Assembly (NCBI RefSeq): GCF_009914755.1
Contig: NC_060933.1
DNA length: 64,000 nt
Direction: 5' to 3' (one strand)
Source: the human T2T-CHM13v2.0 reference genome, Homo sapiens
Each line of letters starts with the position of its first letter. The first letter of the stretch is position 1. This document shows positions 56,201 to 64,000 of this stretch, piece after piece. The position numbers and the translations under genes were made by a program. Under the pieces are notes generated by a model. The model was not told where the DNA came from, searched no databases, and saw only the letters and a list, made by a program, of their open reading frames with translations.

Positions 56201-59200
56201 ATGGAATGGAATGGAAAGGAATGGAATGGAATGAAATGGAATGGAATGGAATGCAATGGTATGGAATCAACCCGAGTGCAATCGAATGGAATCGAATGGA
56301 ATGGAATGCAATGGAATGGATTCAACTTGAAGGGAATGGAAAGAATGGAATCAACACGAGTGGAATGGCATGGATTGGAATGGAATGGAATGGAATCAAC
56401 CCGAGTACAGGGGAATGGAATGGAATGGAATGCAATGGAATGGAATCATCCGTAATGGAATGGAAAGGAATGGAATGGAATGGAATGGAATGGAATGGCA
56501 TGGAATGGAATCAACTCGATCGCAATCGAATGGAATGGAATGGAATTAACCCGAATAGAATGGAATGGAATGGAATGGAACGGAACGGAACGGAACGGAA
56601 CGGAATGGAATCCAATGGAATGGAACGGAAAGGAATGGAATGGAATGGAATGGAATGGAATGGAATGGAATGGAATCAACGCGAGTGCAGGGGAATGGAA
56701 TGTAATGGAATGTAATGGAATGGAATCTTCCGGAATGGAATGGAATGGAATGGAATCAACCCGAGTGCAATGGAATGGAGTGGAATGGAATGGAACGGAA
56801 TGGAACAACCCGAATGGAATGGAATGTAATGGAGAGTAAGGGAGTTGAATAGAATCAATCCGAATGTAATGGAATGGAATGGAACGGAATGGAATTGAAT
56901 GGAATGGAATGGAATGCAATGGAATGGAATCAACCCGAGTGCAATGGAATGGAGAGGAATGGAATGGAATGGAGTGGAAACTACCCGAATGGAATGGAAT
57001 GTAATGGAGTGTAAGGGAATTGAATAGAATCAATCCGAATGTAATGGAATGGAATGGAACGGAATGGAATGGAATGGAATGCAATGGAATGGAATCAACC
57101 CGAGTGCAATCGAATGGAATCGAATGGAATGGAATGCAATGGAATGGATTCAACTTGAATGGAATGGAAAGAAGGGAATCAACACGAGTGGAATGGCATG
57201 GATTGGAATGGAATGGAATGGAATCACCCCGAGTACAGGGGAATGGAATGGAATGGAATGCAATGGAATGGAATCATCCGTAATGGAATGGAAAGGAATG
57301 GAATGGAATGGAATGGAATGGAATGGAATGGAATCAACTCGATTGCAATCGAATGGAATGGAATGGAATTAACCCGAATAGAATGGAATGGAATGGAATG
57401 GAACGGAATGGAATGGAATGGAATGGAATGGAATGGAACGGAACGGAACGGAATGGAATGGAATGGAATGGAATGGAATGGAATCAATGCGAGTGCAGGG
57501 GAATGGAATGGAATGGAATGCAATGTAATGGAATCTTCCGGAATGGAATGGAATGGAATGGAATGGAATGAAATGCAATGGATTCAACTCGATTGCAATG
57601 GAATGGAATAGAATGGAATGGAATTGAATGGAATGGAATTAACCCGAATAGAATGGAATGGAATGCAATGGAACGGAATGGAACGGAATGGAATGGAATG
57701 GAATGGAATGGAATGGTATGGAATGGAATGGAATGGTACGGAATAGAATGGAATGGAACGAATTGTAATGGAATGGAATTGAATGGAATGGAATGGAATC
57801 AACGCGAGAGCAGGGGAATGTAATGGAACGGAATGCAATGGAATGGAATCATCCGGAATGGAATGGAATGGAATGGAATGGAATCAACCCGAGTGCAATG
57901 GAATGGAGTGGAATTGAATGGAATAGAATGGAACAACCCGAATGGAATGGAATGTAATGGAGAGTAAGGGAGTTGAATAGAATCAATCCGAATGTAATGG
58001 AATGGAATGCAACGGAATGGAATGGAATGGAATGGAACGGAATGCAATGGAATGGAATCAACCCGAGTACAATGGAATGGAATGGAATGGAATGCAATGG
58101 AATGGAATGGAATGGAATGGAATGTCTTCAAACGGAATGGAATGGAAAGGAATGGAATCAACACGAGTGGAATGGAATGGAATGGAATGGAACGGAATGG
58201 AATGGAATGATATGGAATAGAATGGAATGGAACGAAATGGAATGGAATGGAATGGAATGGAATGGAATGGAATGGAATGGAATCGTTCCGAGTGGAATAG
58301 GAGGGAATGTATTCGAGTGGAATGGAAAGGAATGGAATCAACCAGAGTGGAATGGAAGGGAATGGAATGGAATGCAAACTAATAGAATGGAATCAACCAG
58401 AGTGGAATGGAATGGAAAGGACTGGAAAGGAATGGAATGGAATGGAATGGAATTAACCCGAATACAATGGAATGGAATGGAATGGAACGGAATGGAGTGG
58501 AATGGAATGGAATCAACCCGAGTGCAGGGGAATGGAATGGAATGGAATGCAATGGAATGGAATCATCCGGAATGGAATGGAATGGAATGGAATGCAAAGC
58601 AATGGAATCAACTCGATTGCAATGGAATGGAATGGAATGGAAAGGAATACATTGGAATCAACCCGAGTGGAATGGAATGGAAAGGACTGGAATGGAGTGG
58701 AATGGAATGGAATGGAATGGAATGGAATCAACTGGATTGGAATGGAATGGAATGGAATGGAATGGAATGGAATGCAATGGAATTAACCCGAATAGAATGG
58801 AATGGAATGGAATGGAACGGAACGGAACGGAATGTAATGTAATGGAATGGAATGGAATGGAATGGAATCAACCCGACTGCAGGGGAATGGAATGGAATGG
58901 AATGCAATGGAATGGATTCAACTTGAATGGAATGGAAAGAATGGAATCAACAAGAGTGGAATGGCATGGATTGGAATGGAATGGAATTGAATCAACCCGA
59001 GTACAGGGGAATGGAATGGAATGGAATGCAATGGAATGGAATCATCCGTAATGGAATGGAAAGGAATGGAATGGAATGGAATGGAATGGAATGGAATGGA
59101 ATGGAATCAACTCGATTGCAATCGAATGGAATGGAATCGAATTAACCCGAATAGAATGGAATGGAATGGAATGGAATGGAACGGAATGGAACGGAAAGGA

Positions 59201-62080
59201 ATGGAATGGAATGGAATCAACGCGAGTGCAGGGGAATGGAATGGAATGGAATGCAATGGAATGGAATCTTCCGGAATGGAATGGAATGGAATGGAATGGA
59301 ATGGAATCAACCCGAGTGCAATGGAATGGAGTGGAATGGAATGGAATGGAATGGAACAACCCGAATGGAATGGAATGTAATGGAGAGTAAAGGAGTTGAA
59401 TAGAGTCAATCCGAATGTAATGGAATGGAATGGAACGGAATGGAATGGAATGGAATGGAATGGAATGGAATGCAATGGAATGGAATCAACCCGAGTGCAA
59501 TGGAATGGAGAGGAATGGAATGGAATGGAATGGAAACTACCCGAATGGAATGGAATGTAATGGAGTGTAAGGGAATTGAATAGAATCAATCCGAATGTAA
59601 TGTAATGGAATGGAACGGAATGGAATGGAATGGAATGGAATGGAATGGAATGCAATGGAATGGAATCAACCCGAGTGCAATCGAATGGAATCGAATGGAA
59701 TGGAATGCAATGGAATGGATTCAACTTGAATGGAATGGAAAGAATGGAATCAACACGAGTGGAAGGGCATGGATTGGAATGGAATGGAATGGAATCAACC
59801 CGAGTACAGGGGAATGGAATGGAATGGAATGCAATGGAATGGAATCATCCGTAATGGAATGGAAAGGAATGGAATGGAATGGAATGGAATGGAATGGAAT
59901 GGAATCAACTCGATTGCAATCGAATGGAATGGAATGGAATTAACCCGAATAGAATGGAATGGAATGGAATGAAACGGAATGGAATGGAATGGAATGGAAT
60001 GGAATGGAATGGAATGGAACGGAACAGAAAGGAATGGAATGGAATGGAATGGAATGGAATGGAATGGAATGGAATGGAATCAACGCGAGTGCAGGGGAAT
60101 GGCATGGATTGGAATGCAATGGAAAGGAATCTTCCGGAATGGAATGGAATGGAATGGAATGAAATGCAATGGATTCAACTCGATTTCATTGGAATGGAAT
60201 AGAATGGAAAGAAATGGAATGGAATGGGATTAACCCGAATAGAATGGAATGGAATGGAATGGAATGGAATGGAACGGAATGGAATGGAATGCAATGGAAT
60301 GGAATGAAATGGAATGGTATGGAATAGAATGGTACGGAATAGAATGGAATGGAACGAATTGTAATGGAATGGAATTGAATGGAATGGAATGGAATGGAAT
60401 CAACGCGAGTGCAGGGGAATGTAATGGAACGGAATGCAATGGAATGGAATCATCCGGAATGGAATGGAATAGAATGGAATGGAATGGAATGCAACAACCC
60501 GAATGGAATGGAATGTAATGGAGAGTAAGGGAGTTGAATAGAATCAATTCGAATGTAATGGAATGGAATGCAACGGAATGGAATGGAATGGAATGGAATG
60601 GAATGGAATGGAATGGAATGGAATGCAAAGGAATGGAATCAACCCGAGTGGAATGGCATGGAATGGAATGCAATGGATTGGAATGGAATGGAATCAACTC
60701 GAGTGGAAAGGAATGGAATGGAATGGAAAGGAATGGAATGAAGTCAACTCGAGTGGAATGGAATGGAATGGAATGGATTGGAATGGATTTCAATGGAATG
60801 AAATGGAATGGAATGGAATGGAATCAATCATGGAAGGGAATGTAATGGAGTGGAAAGAAGGGAATGGAATCAACCCGAGTGGAATGCAAGGCAATGGAAT
60901 GGAATGGAAAGGAATGGAATGGAATCAACTCGATTGCAATGGAATGGAATGGAATGGAATGGAATGGAATGGAATGGAATGGAATGGAATTAACCGGAAT
61001 AGAATGGAATGGAATGGAATGGAAAGGAATGGAATGGAATGGAAGGGAATGGAATCAACACGAGTGCAGGGGAATGGAATGGAATGGAATGCAATGGAAT
61101 GGAATCATCCGGAATGGAATGGAATGGAATGGAATCAACTCCATTGCAATGGAATGGAATGGAATGGAATGGAATAGAATTTAATGGAATTAACCCGAAT
61201 AGAATGGAATGCAATAGAATGGAATGCAACGGAACCGAATGGAGTGGAATGGAATGGAATGGAATCTACCCGAGTACAGGGGAATGGAATGGAATGGAAT
61301 GCAATGCAATGGAGTCATCCGTAATGGAATGGAAAGGAATGGAATGGAATGGAATGGAATGGAATGGAATGGAATCCACTCGATGGCAATCGAATGGAAT
61401 GGAATGGAATTAACCCAAATAGAATGGAATGGAATGGAATGGAACGGAACGGAATGGAATGGAATGTAATGGAATGGAATGAATGGAATGGAATGGAATC
61501 AACGCGAGTGCAGGGGAATGGAATGGAATGGAATGCAATGGAATGGAATCTTCCGGAATGGAATGGAATGGAATGCAATGGAATGAAAGACAATGGATTC
61601 AACTCGATTGCAAAGGAATGGAATAGAATGGAATGGAATGGAATGGAATGGAACGGAATGGAATTGAATGGAATGGAATGCCTTCAAACCGAATGGAATG
61701 GAAAGGAATGGAATCAACACGAGAGGAAAGGAATGGAATGGAAAGGAATGCAATGGAATGGAATGGTACGGAATAGAACGGAATGGAACGAACTGGAATG
61801 GAATGGAATGGAATGGACTGGAATGGAATGGAATGGAATCGTTCCGAGTGGAATAGGAGGGAATGTATTCGAGTGGAATGGAAAGGAATGGAATCAACCA
61901 GAGTGGCATGGAAGGGAATGGAATGGAATGGAAACTAATAGAATGGAATCAACCCGAGTGGAATGGAATGGAAAGGACTGGAATGGAATGGAATGGAATG
62001 GAATGGAATCAACTCGATTGTAATGGAATGGAATGGAATGGAATGGAATGGAATGGAATGGAATGGAATGGAATGGAATT

Positions 62081-63935
62081 AACCCGAATACAATGGAATG
62101 GAATGGAATGGAACAGAATGGAGTGGAATGGAATGGAATCAAACCGAGTGCAGGGGAATGGAATGGAATGGAATGCAATGGAATGGAATCTTCCGGAATG
62201 GAATGCAATTGAATGGAATCAACCCGAGTGCAATGGAATGGAGTGGAATGTAATGGAATGGAATGGAACAAACCGAATGGAATGGAATGTAATGGAGAGT
62301 AAGGGAGTTGAATAGAAACAATCTGAATGTAATGGAATGGAACGGAATGGAATGGAATGGAATGGAATGGAATGGAATGGAATGGAATGGAATGCAATGG
62401 AATGGAATCAACCCGGGTGCAATCGAATGGAATCGAATGGAATGGAATGCAATGGAATGGATTCAACTTGAATGGAATGGAAAGAATGGAATCAACACGA
62501 GTGCAATGGCATGGATTGGAATGGAATGGAATGGAATCAACCCGAGTACAGGGGAATGGAATGGAATGGAATGCAATGGAATGGAATAATCCGTAATGGA
62601 ATGGATAGGAATGGAATGGAATGGAATGGAATGGAATGGAATGGAATCAACTCGATTGCAATCGAACGGAATGGAATGGAATTAACCCGAATAGAATGGA
62701 ATGGAATGGAATGGAACGGAACGGAACGGAATGGAATGGAATGGAATGGAATGGAACGGAAAGGATTGGAATGGAATGGAATGGAATGGAATGGAACGGA
62801 ATGGAATCAACGCGCGGGCAGGGGAATGGAATGGAATCGAATGCAATGGAATGGAATGGAATGGATTGGAATCAACCCGAGTGCAGGGGAATGTAATGGA
62901 ACGGAATGCAAGGGAATGGAATCATCCGGAATGGAATGGAATGGAATGGAATGGAATCAACCCGAGTGCAATGGAATGGAGTGGAATGGAATGGAATGGA
63001 ATGGAATGGAATGGAATGAACCCGAATACAATGGAATGGAATGGAATGGAACGGAATGGAGTGGAATGGAATGGAATCAACCCGAGTGCAGGGGAATGGA
63101 ATGGAATGGAATGCAATGGAATGGAATCTTCCGGAATGGAATGCAATTGAATGGAATCAACCCGAGTGCAATGGAATGGAGTGGAATGGAATGGAATGGA
63201 ATCGAACAAACCGAATGGAATGGAATGTAATGGAGAGTAAGGGAGTTGAATAGAAACAATCTGAATGTAATGGAATGGAACGGAATGGAATGGAATGGAA
63301 TGGAATGGAATGGAATGGAATGGAATGCAATGGAATGGAATCAACCCGAGTGCAATCGAATGGAATCGAATGGAATGGAATGCAATGGAATGGATTCAAC
63401 TTGAATGGAATGGAAAGAATGGAATCAACACGAGTGCAATGGCATGGATTGGAATGGAATGGAATGGAATCAACCCGAGTACAGGGGAATGGAATGGAAT
63501 GGAATGCAATGGAATGGAATAATCCGTAATGGAATGGATAGGAATGGAATGGAATGGAATGGAATGGAATGGAATGGAATCAACTCGATTGCAATCGAAT
63601 GGAATGGAATGGAATTAACCCGAATAGAATGGAATGGAATGGAATGGAACGGAACGGAACGGAATGGAATGGAATGGAATGGAATGGAACGGAAAGGATT
63701 GGAATGGAATGGAATGGAGTGGAATGGAACGGAATGGAATCAACGCGAGGGCAGGGGAATGGAATGGAATCGAATGCAATGGAATGGAATGGAATGGATT
63801 GGAATCAACCCGAGTGCAGGGGAATGTAATGGAACGGAATGCAAGGGAATGGAATCATCCGGAATGGAATGGAATGGAATGGAATGGAATCAACCCGAGT
63901 GCAATGGAATGGAGTGGAATGGAATGGAATGGAAT
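62081..63935 (+). repeat. Tandem duplication of a ~0.94-kb unit
   Basis: Seen: TAGAAACAATCTGAATG at 62313 and 63251 (offset 938); ATGGATAGG at 62601 and 63534 (offset 933). AATAATCCGTA, GAGTGCAATGGCATGG and GCAAGGGAATGGAATCATCC are also shared by these two copies. Confidence 0.9.
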
Positions 63936-64000
63936 GGAATCAACCCGAGTGCAATGGAATGGAGTGGAATGGAATGGAATGGAATGGAACAACCCGCATG

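Larger units (their letters stand above)
1..64000 (+). repeat. Satellite III (HSat3-type) pericentromeric tandem array, (GGAAT)n/(CATTC)n with interspersed CAAC(C/A/G/T)CGA(G/T)T modules; runs off both ends of the window
   Basis: Seen: the GGAAT pentamer dominates every line from base 1 to 64000, is always on the + strand, and is interrupted every ~30-150 bp by CAACCCGAGT-like decamers. Established: GGAAT runs plus CAAC(C/A)CGAGT decamers are the classical signature of human/great-ape satellite III. Inference (weak): the decamer content resembles the HSat3B/9q12-type arrays, but the subfamily is not provable here. Confidence 0.98.

Noticed and set aside
18-63829. Hundreds of ORFs of 60-374 aa on both strands (MEWNG repeats on +, FHSIP repeats on -), including 32283-33407 (374 aa) and 4425-5459 (344 aa)
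   Set aside because: GGAAT contains ATG and no stop codon, and 5 is not a multiple of 3, so all frames give the same pentapeptide. The ORFs overlap in all frames, have no domain content and end at recurring module stops. They are artefacts, not genes.
1-64000. CRISPR-like alternation of conserved words and intervening sequence
   Set aside because: The intervening sequence is pentamer repeat of variable length, not unique spacers; there is no leader and no cas gene.
1-64000. SCA31-type (TGGAA)n expansion or poly-WNGME repeat translation
   Set aside because: The pentamer is the same, but this is a 64-kb-plus module-punctuated satellite with no unique intronic flanks or TAAAA/TAGAA tracts. The sequence gives no evidence of translation.
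1-64000. HSat2 (satellite II) or fixed 3.6-kb DYZ1 assignment
   Set aside because: It lacks the dense ATCATCGAATGG / CATTCGATTC 23-26-bp pattern of HSat2 and shows no constant 3.6-kb period; long clean GGAAT runs with CAACCCGAGT indicate HSat3.
1-64000. EWS-FLI1-type GGAA microsatellite
   Set aside because: That requires consecutive 4-bp GGAA units; the period here is 5 bp.

Overview
The whole 64-kb window is one uninterrupted, single-orientation array of primate pericentromeric satellite III (human HSat3 type). It is (GGAAT)n on the + strand, punctuated by diverged-pentamer modules such as CAACCCGAGT, CAACTCGATT, CAACACGAGT, CAACGCGAGT and TTAACCCGAAT. I see no gene, RNA gene, transposon, CRISPR array or unique sequence. 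All ORFs in the track are poly-(MEWNG)/poly-(FHSIP) read-through of the stop-free pentamer. I did not find a new protein-coding system. What is interesting is the internal structure. (1) The modules follow an ordered grammar: a ~1.8-kb main cycle, a ~0.85-kb re-entrant loop and a rare ~0.6-kb module. (2) Private variants reveal nested duplications at offsets of about 0.17, 0.3, 0.94, 2.6, 2.9, 8.6, 16-17 and 53 kb. (3) About 40 perfect canonical heat-shock elements (gGAAtcTTCcgGAAt) sit at one fixed module position. (4) A 14-bp perfect palindrome (TCGATTGCAATCGA) recurs in an otherwise strand-asymmetric array. Counts and offsets were read by eye and are approximate. Species, chromosome and subfamily cannot be fixed without a database search.
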